Positions 1 through 9,528 of a DNA stretch of 64,000 nt are shown here, in pieces. Origin of the DNA: Clostridia bacterium. Its GTDB lineage: Bacteria > Bacillota > Sulfobacillia > SLMV01. The stretch spans positions 369 to 64,368 of the forward strand of contig PUMM01000141.1 of assembly GCA_003551365.1 (NCBI GenBank). Direction: 5' to 3'. The notes below the pieces were generated by a model, which was not told where the DNA came from, searched no databases, and saw nothing but the letters and a program-made list of their open reading frames with translations. A program made the translations under genes and the position numbers. Each line of letters starts with the position of its first letter. Within the stretch, counting starts at the first letter, position 1.

Positions 1-447
1 CAGGCTGACCGGCATACTCAGACCGGTGTTGCGGGGCATATTGTACAGCATGATGGGAATGGGGGAGGCATCGGCCAGCTGAGCGTAATGATTGTGCAGC
101 CGTTCCTCCGTCATTCCGCCGCCGAAGAAATGGGGCGTGATCACGAGGGCCGCAGCACTTCCCGCCTCGGCCGCTGCACAGGTCAGTTCTATAGTGTTGC
201 GCGTAGATTCGCAGCCCGTTCCGGCAATGATCGGGCGGTCAGCGGGTAGAGCATCGCGCACCACCTCGAGCACGCGCACTTTTTCATTCCGAGACAGATA
301 GACGAATTCACCATTGGAACCGAGAACCACCAGTCCGGTCAGGTCGGTCTTGGCCCATCGGCGTACATTGCCTGCCAATCGGTCCTCGAGAATCTCGCCC
401 TCGCTGTCAAAGGGCGTCGGTATGGGAGCATAAATCCCCGTCAACAT
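1..447 (-). CDS. DapA/NAL-family class I aldolase (dihydrodipicolinate synthase family), C-terminal part outside window
   Basis: Reverse-strand frame is open from the window edge up to ATG 447 (AAAGGA Shine-Dalgarno 9 nt upstream; alternative ATG 456). Translation MLTGIYAPIPTPFDSEGEILEDRL..VVLGSNGEF..IMLYNMPRNTG carries the TPF, GxxGE and YNxP signatures of this family. Not in the ORF track because no stop lies inside the window. Confidence 0.7.
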   Translation of the reverse strand, partial: MLTGIYAPIPTPFDSEGEILEDRLAGNVRRWAKTDLTGLVVLGSNGEFVYLSRNEKVRVLEVVRDALPADRPIIAGTGCESTRNTIELTCAAAEAGSAAALVITPHFFGGGMTEERLHNHYAQLADASPIPIMLYNMPRNTGLSMPVSL

Positions 448-838
448 CCATATCATCCTTTCTTGCTCAGCGCTCCTGCTTGCTGTGCTCATCCTACCTC
501 TCTAAGTTCACCGGGTAGAGCGAACCTCCTCCCTTGCGTACAGTATTGCTTCGCCGGGAACGCTCCTGTACTCTGCGCGGTCTGGCTGCAGGAAAATAGC
601 AGGTGTACGGAAGGGCCGAGGTGCCCTGGCGCGAAGCTTCATTTGGGGAGAAGGACGATCCCTCCGGCCGGTTTCCGTCTTCGGGCGGAAGGACCTGACG
701 TTCTGATGCGGAAGGAGGATTAGTGTGGGATCCTGGGGGGGATTGTCCAGATGCCAGGCCCGGTCGGCTGCCCGATCAGCCTCCGGGGCGGCGTGTGACC
801 AGGGTATACATTTCACCGAAAGGGGAGGATGCTCAGCT

Positions 839-2005
839 ATGAAAGGCAGAAAACTACTGATGATTCCGGGACCGATCGAGTTCACTCCCGAGGTCTTGAA
901 TGAGATGGCAAGGCCTACCACCAGCCACGTGTCTCCCGACTTCATTGCATGCTTTGGCGAGTGCCTGGAAATGACGCGCGAGGTATTTCTGGCCCCGTCG
1001 GCGCAGCCCTTCATCGTGGCCGGTACGGGAACCTTCGGCATGGATATGGTGGCCAGCAATTTGATCGAGCCGGGTGATCGCGCCCTGGTAGTGAATACCG
1101 GCTATTTCGGCGATCGCATGGGAGACATTCTGTCCCGCTACGGAGCAGAGGTAGACCACCTGCGCGCCGGCATCGGCGAGGTGGCCGATGAGGACGAACT
1201 GCGCGAGGCGCTGAAGGCGAAGGAATACACGCTGGTTTCTATGACCCACGTGGATACCTCCACTGCTGTCATGACCGACGTCGGTACCCTGGCCCCGATT
1301 GCCAAGGCGGCCGGATGTCTCACCGTAGTGGACGGCGTCTGCGGCACGGCAGGAGCAGAGTGCCGAACCGATGAGTGGAATATTGATGTGCATCTCACTG
1401 CCTCACAGAAGGCCGTCGGCGTTCCCCCGGGACTGTCATTGCTGACTTTCAGTGAGGACGCCATGGACAAGTTCAGGGAGCGCGATGAGCCCGTTGCCAA
1501 TTACTACGCTGACATCGACAACTGGTTGCCCATAATGGAGGCATATGAGAGCCGTAGCGGCGCCTATTTCGGGACGCCGGCCGTCAATCTGATCTATGCC
1601 CTGCACGTCAGTCTGAAGCAAATTCTCGCGGAGGGCATGGATGAGCGCTTCGCCCGTCACGAGCGACTCGCCGGCGCCTTCAGAGCTGGCGCAGCTGCCA
1701 TGGGGCTGGAGATGCTGCCCGCAAGTGAGAAAGAGGCCGCCCCTACTCTCTCGGCCCTGTACTATCCGGAGGGGACCGATGCTTCCCTGTGTCCGGCCAT
1801 AGCGGATGAAGGTGTTATGGTGGCCACCGGCCTGCACGCAGAGATCAAGGAGGAGTACTTCCGGGTAGGTCACATGGGTGACTGCAACGAATCGGACATA
1901 CTCAGCACGCTGGGTGCCATTGAGCGGGCCCTCAGCTCCAGGGGATACACCTGTTCCGCCGGCTCCGGTGTGCAGGCGGCGCAGGATTTTCTGACCGGCA
2001 AGTGA
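839..2005 (+). CDS. class V aminotransferase, serine-pyruvate / alanine-glyoxylate type
   Basis: Track ORF 725..2005; ATG 839 preferred (GGGGAGGA SD just upstream). N-terminus MKGRKLLMIPGPIEFTPEVL and the PLP-lysine context TASQKAVGVPPGLS are typical of AGXT/SPT-type class V enzymes. Confidence 0.8.
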   Translation: MKGRKLLMIPGPIEFTPEVLNEMARPTTSHVSPDFIACFGECLEMTREVFLAPSAQPFIVAGTGTFGMDMVASNLIEPGDRALVVNTGYFGDRMGDILSRYGAEVDHLRAGIGEVADEDELREALKAKEYTLVSMTHVDTSTAVMTDVGTLAPIAKAAGCLTVVDGVCGTAGAECRTDEWNIDVHLTASQKAVGVPPGLSLLTFSEDAMDKFRERDEPVANYYADIDNWLPIMEAYESRSGAYFGTPAVNLIYALHVSLKQILAEGMDERFARHERLAGAFRAGAAAMGLEMLPASEKEAAPTLSALYYPEGTDASLCPAIADEGVMVATGLHAEIKEEYFRVGHMGDCNESDILSTLGAIERALSSRGYTCSAGSGVQAAQDFLTGK

Positions 2006-2028
2006 GGCAACGCCACTGGCGGCATCTC

Positions 2029-2073
2029 GCCGGGCGCCGGCTGTACTCTGGTGCACCTGCGCCGGCGCCCGGC
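2029..2073. terminator. 13-bp perfect inverted repeat between convergent genes (candidate bidirectional terminator)
   Basis: GCCGGGCGCCGGC (2029-2041) and GCCGGCGCCCGGC (2061-2073) are exact reverse complements with a 19-nt loop. They lie between the aminotransferase stop (2005) and the Mn catalase stop (2084). No clean U-tract. Confidence 0.5.
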
Positions 2074-2083
2074 TACCCAAAGT

Positions 2084-2800
2084 CTAACTTTTGTCCTGCG
2101 ATTCTGCCGGACCGTCCTGCCCTCTGGATTCTGCGCGAGGATTGTGAAATGCCGGTGGAGTGGGCGAGGGAGGCGCATAGTACTGGCCGGGAGAGGACAG
2201 GTCAAAGTACAGGAGGGCGTCATCGTCCACCCCGAAATCCTCACTCGAGCCGGATTCCTGTACATCATTGAGGGCCTCGCGAAAGAGGGCATTGTGCGCT
2301 TCCTCTCTATTCAGCAGAAAATCTATCGTTTCCCGTACGCCCTCGTCCTCGATCTGTCGGTGCAGATACTCGTATACTACCTTGGCCCGCTGTTCAGCGG
2401 CTATATTGGACAACAGGTCGGCGGCCAGATCGCCTGTGCTGTTGACATAGGCCGCGGTCCAGGGGTGACCGGAGGCAGTGGTCAGCTGTGGTCCGAGTCC
2501 ACCCAACACGTGGGATTGGATGCTGCCCGCCTCCACCTCCCGGGCGTTGAGATCACCTCCATTGAGCAGGCGGACAGTGGCCGCCACCATCTCCATATGC
2601 CCCAGCTCTTCCGATCCGATATCCAGAAAAAGATCGCGGACCCTGGGGTCGGTTGTGCAGAAGCTCTGTGATAGATACTGCATGGCTGCTTTCAGTTCAC
2701 CGTGGGGTCCGCCCAGCTGTTCGGTCAGCAGTGTTGCATATTCCGGGTTGGGACGCTCTATGCGAACCGGATGCAGGAGTTGCTTTTCGTGCCTGAACAT
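2084..2800 (-). CDS. manganese catalase (CotJC/YjqC type)
   Basis: 238-aa ORF; MFRHEKQLLHPV..PEYATLLTEQLGGPHGELKAAMQYLSQ..GSEELGHMEMVA matches the di-Mn catalase helical-bundle signature. GAAAGGAG SD 7 nt upstream of ATG 2800. Confidence 0.85.
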   Translation of the reverse strand: MFRHEKQLLHPVRIERPNPEYATLLTEQLGGPHGELKAAMQYLSQSFCTTDPRVRDLFLDIGSEELGHMEMVAATVRLLNGGDLNAREVEAGSIQSHVLGGLGPQLTTASGHPWTAAYVNSTGDLAADLLSNIAAEQRAKVVYEYLHRQIEDEGVRETIDFLLNREEAHNALFREALNDVQESGSSEDFGVDDDALLYFDLSSPGQYYAPPSPTPPAFHNPRAESRGQDGPAESQDKS

Positions 2801-2870
2801 GCCAGCACTCCTTTCCAGGTGTCATCAGTATGTAGCGTCCCCGCCCGGCATGCTCATGATTCGCCCGCAT

Positions 2871-4469
2871 TCACATCTCGACTATCGCCCGACGTTCTGC
2901 TGGCGGCATTTTCGCTACCTCTTCCAGCACCTCCAGCCCGGAGTAGCCGATGGAGAATATGGTTTCCGTGAAGGTGGGATCATCCCATCCCAGCCGGCCC
3001 TGCATCTCGTCCAGGTACTTCTGACCGTAGTAGTAAATGGTCATATATCCCGGCCACAGATCCTGAAAATGCACCTGTCCCCTCGCAGCCTGCGGCGAGA
3101 ATTCCATGTACTTCTCATACAGGTGCATGGCCTCCTCGACCGGCCTTCCGTAGTGGTGAAGCAGGAGATCAGCCCGGATGCGTACTGCAGTGTGCAGGCG
3201 CCGGTAGGCGACGAAGAGGGGGAAGGCCCGCTCCGGGAATATGTGCTGCAGCAGGGGTTCAGACCGGTGTGCTATGCCCTCGTTGAGGGGCCCGGATCGG
3301 TTCATAAGATGGGACAGTTTGAACGACTTTGGGAGGTCAGACGCGGCGGTCTTGACCCGTTGTGCATGATGCCCCGGGTAGCATTCGTGGATCGCCATCA
3401 TCTCCATCCACCCCAGAGTTACAGCCCGGTAGTTGTGGTCGTTGAGAAAGACTGCTCCGCGCAGGCTCTCCTGCAGGGGATCCGGTCCACTGTAGCCGCC
3501 CCAGGGGTAGGAGTCCTTCAACTGTTCGGGCACCGGATGCACCGCACATGCTTCACCCGGGGGGAGGGATATGTAGGAGAGGGATGCTTCCCGGGCGCGG
3601 GCAACGAAGTCCTCCATCAGCGGGAACATGTCCTCTGGTCGGTCGCAGCTGGGCAGGTCGGTCTCCAGGATTTCGTGCGGGTCCCGGTTGGGGTCTATGC
3701 CGGCGGCGATGCGCCGGAAGGTGTCAACACAGCTGTCTATTTCCTCTTCGTGCCACTCCAGCAGCTCTTCCAGCTTGATTCCCCACACGCGCCGCAGTCT
3801 TTCCTCATAGGGAAGTGGCTCTCGGGGATGTGTGGGGGGTAAAAGGTCGTCGTAATGCTGCCGGGCCTCCTCTACCGCCGTGCGAGCCCGGGTGATGATG
3901 CGGGGAAGCTCGCGGACGCTATCAGCCAGTAGTTCGGTCCTCTCTGGAAGGCCCGCGAGAATTCCTTCCAGGCTGTCGAGGTGTTCGCGAACCATGTCGC
4001 GAGCCGATTGATCCATTTCGGGGCACTGGCTGTTGACCACAGCCAGCAGGTTCTCCGCTCTGGACAGCCTGTCGGCCAGGACCGTGCCCCGCACTTCGGG
4101 CGATCGCTCGTCCATGGTCAGAAGCGGATTTATGCTCCCGGCCAGATTGGCCAGGTATCGAAAGGGAAAGGCCCGATCATCGGCCACCCGGAAGGACAGT
4201 ACATCGGCGGTATTGGCAATGTGCACAAGCGTTATCCGCTCCAGGGCGTTGGTGGGTTCGACGTCCCTGATCCTCTGCAGCAAACTCTCCAGCCGGTCCT
4301 CCATCCGCTGCAGGTTTGGCTCGGTTGGCAGAAAGATCTCTCCTTCGTATTCGCCCGTGCCGGCATACTGGGTCCACAGATCCACAATCTCCCCGTCGAG
4401 TTCATGCACCTGCGAGTTCAGCGCAAGATCAGTCAAGACTATCGACCTCCAGATGGGGCGCAACTCCAT
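2871..4469 (-). CDS. DUF885-family protein (metallopeptidase-like HExxPGHH motif)
   Basis: Track ORF 2871..4745. Contains MAIHECYPGHHAQ, the motif I associate with DUF885. Start set at ATG 4469 (MELRPIW..) because the 92 upstream codons look non-protein-like; no strong SD, so the start is uncertain. Confidence 0.65.
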   Translation of the reverse strand: MELRPIWRSIVLTDLALNSQVHELDGEIVDLWTQYAGTGEYEGEIFLPTEPNLQRMEDRLESLLQRIRDVEPTNALERITLVHIANTADVLSFRVADDRAFPFRYLANLAGSINPLLTMDERSPEVRGTVLADRLSRAENLLAVVNSQCPEMDQSARDMVREHLDSLEGILAGLPERTELLADSVRELPRIITRARTAVEEARQHYDDLLPPTHPREPLPYEERLRRVWGIKLEELLEWHEEEIDSCVDTFRRIAAGIDPNRDPHEILETDLPSCDRPEDMFPLMEDFVARAREASLSYISLPPGEACAVHPVPEQLKDSYPWGGYSGPDPLQESLRGAVFLNDHNYRAVTLGWMEMMAIHECYPGHHAQRVKTAASDLPKSFKLSHLMNRSGPLNEGIAHRSEPLLQHIFPERAFPLFVAYRRLHTAVRIRADLLLHHYGRPVEEAMHLYEKYMEFSPQAARGQVHFQDLWPGYMTIYYYGQKYLDEMQGRLGWDDPTFTETIFSIGYSGLEVLEEVAKMPPAERRAIVEM

Positions 4470-4712
4470 TGCGATCCGGGTGCAGCAATCAGGAGTCGCA
4501 GCCGGTTTCCTCCGTACTTCTGGTTGGTGTGCCGTAAATCCTATGCTTTCGGGCAATGTACTGCGCGGTGTGGCAGGAGACACAAAAACTCCTGTAACTT
4601 CCTGTCGATGCAGGCAGGTAGGTGGCACCGCAATATAGAACAGCTTACCGTAAGGAACCCACCGTATGGAGTAATATGACCTGCCTTGCGATTGCGTTTG
4701 GGTGGAGGTGTA

Positions 4713-6047
4713 ATGACGGTGCTGCAGTGCATGCGTGGGAGTCACTTCCCCGCGTTGCCGATTATGATTCTATGTGTCATCATGGCCGGCGGTTGTCGAC
4801 CGGCCCCTGCTCCGGAGGAACCAGATGAGCCGGAACTGGAAGAGATGAGGGACATACCTTCCGGGGTGGCTGAAGTCATCGATGGGTTCTGGGGGGGCTT
4901 TGCCGCCGCAGACCGTGATGGCATGGTCGAGTACATGTCGGAGGACCTCAAGGACCAGATGCGTTCGCGAATGGGGCTGCGGGCCCTGGCATCCGAGCAC
5001 CACATAACTCACGATTCCTGTGTATATGCGGGATTTCAGGATTTGAATGTAACCATAGAAGCGGCTGAGGAATCTGCTGACCGAGTATTCGCGGTCGTAG
5101 TCATTGAACACCCACAGATGCCCCGGGACCAGTTTGCTGCTTTCACTGACGCTTTCGAGGATGAGGTCCTGCGTGCGGCACACCGGGATCGGGAGGTTGA
5201 CTTTCGTGCCGAGTTCTCTGCGCTTCTCGATGACTGGGAAGTACCCCGGGGGAAGACCCGGGTTTCCATGGTTCTTGCCCGAGAGCGCAATGGTTTCACC
5301 ATCATCAACACGGATGCTCCCAATAAACTCTTCTCGTCCTTTCAATCCCTGCACCAGACCGCGGTGTGTGATGGTGTGCATGATGCGCGAGTGACGCTGG
5401 AACAGGGTGAACAGTTGGACGTGGATACCCGTGTGTCTGTCGAGTTTCGCGGCGAGAGGATAATGGTGCAGAACGCTCACCTGCCGGAGTGCGCGCTGGA
5501 TACAATGGTCATGGATATTGCGGGACAGGTGGATCTGTCGGTCGAACGCCTGCTGGAGGCTCTGGCCGATTTCCCATTTGATTGGGAGGGTCTGCAGCAC
5601 TACCTGCAGATGGGACCGAAGGATTTTCTGCACAGCGGCCAATTTATCTTTGATTCGGCCCGCAATCAGCTGGCGCTGGCCATGTCCCGTCCCTATGCGG
5701 TGGCCACCCGGGATACTGCCGTGGGGGTGGTTGATGTGCCCACCGGCGAGGTGAACTTCCTTGATGTTGTTCCCGGTACTGTGGACTTTCTATCCTGGTC
5801 GCCGGATGATGAGTATTTGGCCTGTGCCTGGACGGAGTGGGGTCCCGGGTTCGTAGAGGTGGATGTTTATCTTGAGGATGACACCATGCGGCTGACCGAG
5901 GCCCTCGGTGAGGAACTCACGGACCCGATCGATGGCATGCGCTGGTCGGATGATGGCGATGTTCTACACATTGATGTGCGCGACGCAGCAGATGACATCG
6001 AGACGTGGTCGCTGGATGTCCGCGATAGGGATCTCCGGTCCAAGTAG
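4713..6047 (+). CDS. secreted protein / probable lipoprotein of unknown function
   Basis: Track ORF 4686..6047; ATG 4713 follows GGTGGAGGTG. Hydrophobic leader ..ALPIMILCVIMAGGC then a Pro/Glu-rich linker (RPAPAPEEPDEPELEE). C-terminal SWSPDDEYLACAW / RWSDDGDVLHI repeats resemble beta-propeller blades. No family recognised. Confidence 0.6.
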   Translation: MTVLQCMRGSHFPALPIMILCVIMAGGCRPAPAPEEPDEPELEEMRDIPSGVAEVIDGFWGGFAAADRDGMVEYMSEDLKDQMRSRMGLRALASEHHITHDSCVYAGFQDLNVTIEAAEESADRVFAVVVIEHPQMPRDQFAAFTDAFEDEVLRAAHRDREVDFRAEFSALLDDWEVPRGKTRVSMVLARERNGFTIINTDAPNKLFSSFQSLHQTAVCDGVHDARVTLEQGEQLDVDTRVSVEFRGERIMVQNAHLPECALDTMVMDIAGQVDLSVERLLEALADFPFDWEGLQHYLQMGPKDFLHSGQFIFDSARNQLALAMSRPYAVATRDTAVGVVDVPTGEVNFLDVVPGTVDFLSWSPDDEYLACAWTEWGPGFVEVDVYLEDDTMRLTEALGEELTDPIDGMRWSDDGDVLHIDVRDAADDIETWSLDVRDRDLRSK

Positions 6048-6229
6048 GAAAGAACGCCGCCTCCTTTTTGCCCAGTGTAGTAGCACTGCCCCCGGCTTTG
6101 GTGATGCCGAGCCGCCGTATCTGGCTGCAACCTCTCTCACCATTTCTTGCGACCCGCAGCAAAAAATGCTGTCTGCGGGGAGTTTCCGCGTGATATACGC
6201 GTGATGGACTGCGAGACCATTGCTTGCGG

Positions 6230-6615
6230 TCCCCATGTGCGTCAGCCCGATCTTGGGTAGGAATTTGCCCCAATAAGTCCGGCCTGCCTGCTGGGTGAGC
6301 AGGCCGCCCTCCTGCACTGGGAGGGTCTCTCCCACGCAGATGGCTGCGGATCCTGTGAGGAGATGGCCACGACCGTCCAGGTTCTTGCTGGGGGAAGTCA
6401 GAAGAAGTCATTGCGGGCAGACAGGGGCTGAACATCCTGCTGCGCTAAGATATCGCAGGAATGCAGAGCCCTGGATGCAGTCGATTCTTCTGGATGACGC
6501 GCATTATGCGGTTGCATATTTGCGTTCGTTTGAATGGTTGCAAGACAGGTTGTCCTGTCTGTTGAAAATACTTACTGAGGTAGATCTGCCGTGTCGGTGC
6601 CCGTCCCGGATCTGA
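6230..6615 (+). pseudogene. possible decayed ABC-transporter ATPase (LivG/LivF-like) remnant
   Basis: Degenerate Walker-A-like string VGICPNKSGLPAG followed by a stop (6257-6298). In another frame, a Walker-B-like SILLDDAHYAV (6481-6510) sits inside track ORF 6295..6615. The spacing is shorter than in intact ATPases, so deletions would be needed. Confidence 0.3.
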
Positions 6616-6625
6616 TCGGTGTTCT

Positions 6626-6900
6626 ATGTCACTATCGGAAGATTGCAGTAGTGCACGATCTGTCATTGCCTGTGCAGGACGAAATGGCGCCGGTAAGACC
6701 ACGGTCATGTGCTCTCTGATGACCATGGTGCCCGGGGGCGACCGGGCGGTTCTTTTTGGCCTTGACTGGCAGTAGCGGGGCGAGGAGATCCGGTGCCTCG
6801 TCTGCTATGGGCCGGAGAGCCGCAGTATGTAGGGCTGCATGCATGTTAGCGAGCAGCTGCGGTCTGTGGGAGCGCTTTGCACCGGTGGCGGGAAGATGAA
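6626..6900 (+). pseudogene. ABC-transporter ATPase N-terminal remnant (LivF-like)
   Basis: Short frame MSLSEDCSSARSVIACAGRNGAGKTTVMCSLMTMVPGGDRAVLFGLDWQ* (6626-6775) has a perfect Walker A, GRNGAGKTT (6677-6703). ATPase-like text continues after the stop, interrupted by further stops (RGEEIRCLVCYGPESRSM*, ..MHVSEQLRSVGA..). Confidence 0.55.
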
Positions 6901-7085
6901 CTGGTGTGACACTGCGTAAAGCGGTTTGCCATTGCCATGGATCCCGTGCGGATTCGCGGTCTGCTGACAGTGATAGTCGAGAAGGGCCCGAGGCGGCAGG
7001 AACGCTTCGATGGTGGTGCGAAGAGAAGAGAGGAAGATTGCCCGTCCGGGCAGCTAACATCGATGAGATCGAAAGGAATGATAGC

Positions 7086-8099
7086 ATGTCCGTGAAAGAC
7101 ACGCCGCACTACTACCACCGGGTGCTGGAGCGCATTCGCCCCCGCAGCGAACCCCCTTTCGAAGAGGAGAATATGCAGCGCAGGGTATGGGGACGACCCT
7201 GGGGAGTTCATAACGATGTCGGTCGCCTGCGGTCCGTTCTGTTGCATCGTCCGGGAGAGGAACTGCGGGTTATGACTGAGGACAAGTATGACCCTGATAT
7301 CGAGGCGCTGATTGATGAGGATGCCCAGTGGTATTTTCGTTCTGACCGGGCTCCTGACCTGGACCAGATGCAGAGGGAGCACGACGGCATGGCGCGGGTA
7401 CTGGAGGAAAACGGGGTTGAGGTTCATTACGCTGACGGATCTCCGGAGAATCCCAATGCCATGTTTACCCGCGATGCCGGCATTGCGGTTCGGGGCGGGG
7501 CGGTGATCTGTCGGCTCGGGCCGGTTGGCAGGGAGTTCGGCACCGGCCGCCGCGGGGAGGAATTCTTCATTGCCCGCAAGCTTACCGACCTGGGTATGCC
7601 CATCCTCCGGACCATACATGGGACAGGGCTTTTGGAGGGAGGCAGCTTCTGCTTCCTGACGGAGGAGTATGCCGCGGTGGGCACCAGCTACAGGCAGAAT
7701 GCGGCCGGCGTCGATCAGCTGCGCAGTGTGCTGGAGCATCAGGGGGTGCAGCTGGTCGAAGTGCCGCTCACCGGTCACAGCCTGCACATTGATGGGGCCA
7801 TCGTCATGATTGATCGCGATGCCGCTCTGGTGAACGTCACGCGCCTGCCATACTGGTTCCTGGACACACTGGAGGAGCTGGGAATCCGTGTCGTCCACGT
7901 GGATCCACGAGATCCGCCTACGGCCATCAACTGTCTGGCGCTGGCTCCCGGCAAGCTCCTCATGAATGATGCAGCACAGAGGACGGCAGATCAGCTGGAC
8001 CAGATGGGATATGAGTGCATACAGATACCCTATGGCGAATGCCACCGACACGGGGGAAGCATCCACTGTTCCACCATGCCGCTGGTGCGTGACCCCTGA
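7086..8099 (+). CDS. amidinotransferase-fold enzyme (arginine deiminase / DDAH-like guanidino-modifying superfamily)
   Basis: Track ORF 6906..8099; ATG 7086 follows GAAAGGA. The C-terminal GGSIHCSTMPLVRD is the catalytic-Cys motif of this superfamily. Also AMFTRDAG and HIDG contexts. Confidence 0.7.
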   Translation: MSVKDTPHYYHRVLERIRPRSEPPFEEENMQRRVWGRPWGVHNDVGRLRSVLLHRPGEELRVMTEDKYDPDIEALIDEDAQWYFRSDRAPDLDQMQREHDGMARVLEENGVEVHYADGSPENPNAMFTRDAGIAVRGGAVICRLGPVGREFGTGRRGEEFFIARKLTDLGMPILRTIHGTGLLEGGSFCFLTEEYAAVGTSYRQNAAGVDQLRSVLEHQGVQLVEVPLTGHSLHIDGAIVMIDRDAALVNVTRLPYWFLDTLEELGIRVVHVDPRDPPTAINCLALAPGKLLMNDAAQRTADQLDQMGYECIQIPYGECHRHGGSIHCSTMPLVRDP

Positions 8100-8170
8100 G
8101 AAATACAGGTGTCCCGGGGGCCGGATACCGGATATGTCTACCACTTCACATCCGGCCCCGCTCTATGCAT

Positions 8171-8197
8171 GGGGTGCGGGAATTCTTCCCGCACCCC
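8171..8197. terminator. 11-bp perfect hairpin between convergent genes
   Basis: GGGGTGCGGGA-ATTCT-TCCCGCACCCC between stop 8099 (+) and stop 8224 (-). A second hairpin, GGGGCCGGA..TCCGGCCCC, lies at 8114-8160. Confidence 0.5.
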
Positions 8198-8223
8198 GCA
8201 TCACTCTACCCGGTCCTCGAATC

Positions 8224-9282
8224 TCATCCGGTTTCCAGCTCCTTCTTGCTGGGAAACCAGCCACTGGTTCGCAGAGAGATCTTCACCAGCAGCAGCATGA
8301 TTGGTACTTCTATGAGCATCCCGGTAACGGCAGCCAGGGTGGCCCCCGAGTCGATTCCGAAGAGAGTTATGGCCATGGCGATGGCCACTTCGAAGTGATT
8401 GCTGGCGGCAATCTGTGCCGATGGTGCAGCATCCTCATAGGGCAGCCGCAGCAGTTTTGCCGCCACATACCCGATGCCGAATATCGAGAATATCTGTATG
8501 GTGAGCGGAATCAGCACAAACAGTACCAGGATCGGGTTGGACAGCACTATACCCGACTGCGGGGTCACAATTACCACGATGGTGATCAGCAGAGCCGCCG
8601 GGGATAAGAAATGCAGTTTGTCCGTGAAGCGGGCAAACTCCTCCTCACCCTTTCTGTTCAGGAGTATCTTCCGGGTGTAGTAGCCAGCTACCAACGGCAG
8701 GCCCACGTAGGCGAGGACGCCGAAAGCCACGCGAGCGATGGGAACCGGAACCTCAGCTACCGGCAGCAGTAAAACGGCCAGGGGGCCGTACAGAACCACC
8801 ATGGATAGGGTGTTAATGGCAACCATGACCACAACATGGCCCATGTTGCCGCGGGACAGGTAACCCCACACCAGTACCATGGCGGTGCACGGTGCTATCC
8901 CCAGCAGAATCATTCCGGCCATGAGCTCGCTTCCCAGGTCATAACCGACGTAAGGAGCGAGAATGACGCGGAAGAATAGCCAGGCGATGAAGGCCATGGT
9001 GAAAGGCTTTATTGCCCAATTGAGTACCAGGGTAAGGGTTATGGGCCTGACAGATTTGCCCGCCCGGATTATCTCGGCGAAGTCGGTTTGCACCATGATT
9101 GGATAGATCATCAGAAACAGGACCACGGCAACGGGTGCCGGATATCCCGCTATCTCGAAGGCCTGAAATACTTCGGTCAGCTGCGGGAATGCCTCACCCA
9201 GAATCAGCCCGAGTATGATGCATATTCCCACCCAGACGGTCAGATATCTCTCGAAGAACCCCAGTTTCTGATCCTCTGCCAT
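8224..9282 (-). CDS. acr3: ACR3-family arsenite efflux transporter
   Basis: 352-aa polytopic protein; [23 protein letters not shown].., [14 protein letters not shown] and [14 protein letters not shown] are the strings I associate with ACR3. GAGGGAGG SD 8 nt upstream. Confidence 0.9.
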   Translation of the reverse strand: MAEDQKLGFFERYLTVWVGICIILGLILGEAFPQLTEVFQAFEIAGYPAPVAVVLFLMIYPIMVQTDFAEIIRAGKSVRPITLTLVLNWAIKPFTMAFIAWLFFRVILAPYVGYDLGSELMAGMILLGIAPCTAMVLVWGYLSRGNMGHVVVMVAINTLSMVVLYGPLAVLLLPVAEVPVPIARVAFGVLAYVGLPLVAGYYTRKILLNRKGEEEFARFTDKLHFLSPAALLITIVVIVTPQSGIVLSNPILVLFVLIPLTIQIFSIFGIGYVAAKLLRLPYEDAAPSAQIAASNHFEVAIAMAITLFGIDSGATLAAVTGMLIEVPIMLLLVKISLRTSGWFPSKKELETG

Positions 9283-9528
9283 GTTACATGCCTCCCTCTG
9301 TTCGTCTGGTGTCTTGCCCCCGTGCGGAGGGGTGGATGTGCAGTGCGGCGCCGGATACCCCTTCTGCTACTGTGGCGCGTGCTGATTGCGCCCGGTTGCC
9401 GGAGGAATCCCGCGAGGGGTGGTAGGCGCGGCTTCCATGCATGAGTATATAAGAATATAATGATGCACGTCAAAGGTGTTCGCCCGGTTGGAGTGAAGTG
9501 CGGGGGATTTTTGGAGGCTGTTTGCTCC

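Noticed and set aside
2008-2020. GCCACTG, the B12-box core of cobalamin riboswitches, just after the aminotransferase stop.
   Set aside because: No surrounding cobalamin-riboswitch elements. It lies in a 78-nt gap between convergent stops, next to a terminator-like inverted repeat, with no downstream gene to regulate.
6850-6960. A possible second GEMM-I-like element. The reverse strand contains GGCAAACCG ... GGUGCAAAGCGC.
   Set aside because: The two blocks are about 50 nt apart rather than about 20-25. There is no GNRA-capped helix between them and no P2/receptor hairpin follows. The sequence lies inside the decayed ATPase remnant. Most likely coincidence.
6846-8144. Long reverse-strand ORF (432 aa) antisense to the amidinotransferase-fold gene.
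   Set aside because: Typical high-GC shadow ORF. The translation is low-complexity and Arg/Pro/Gly-rich with no motifs, whereas the sense strand has a clear catalytic motif and SD.
9240-9473. 77-aa reverse-strand ORF upstream of acr3, considered as a possible ArsR.
   Set aside because: It overlaps the acr3 start. It is Arg/Pro-rich with no winged-HTH or CxC metal-site pattern.
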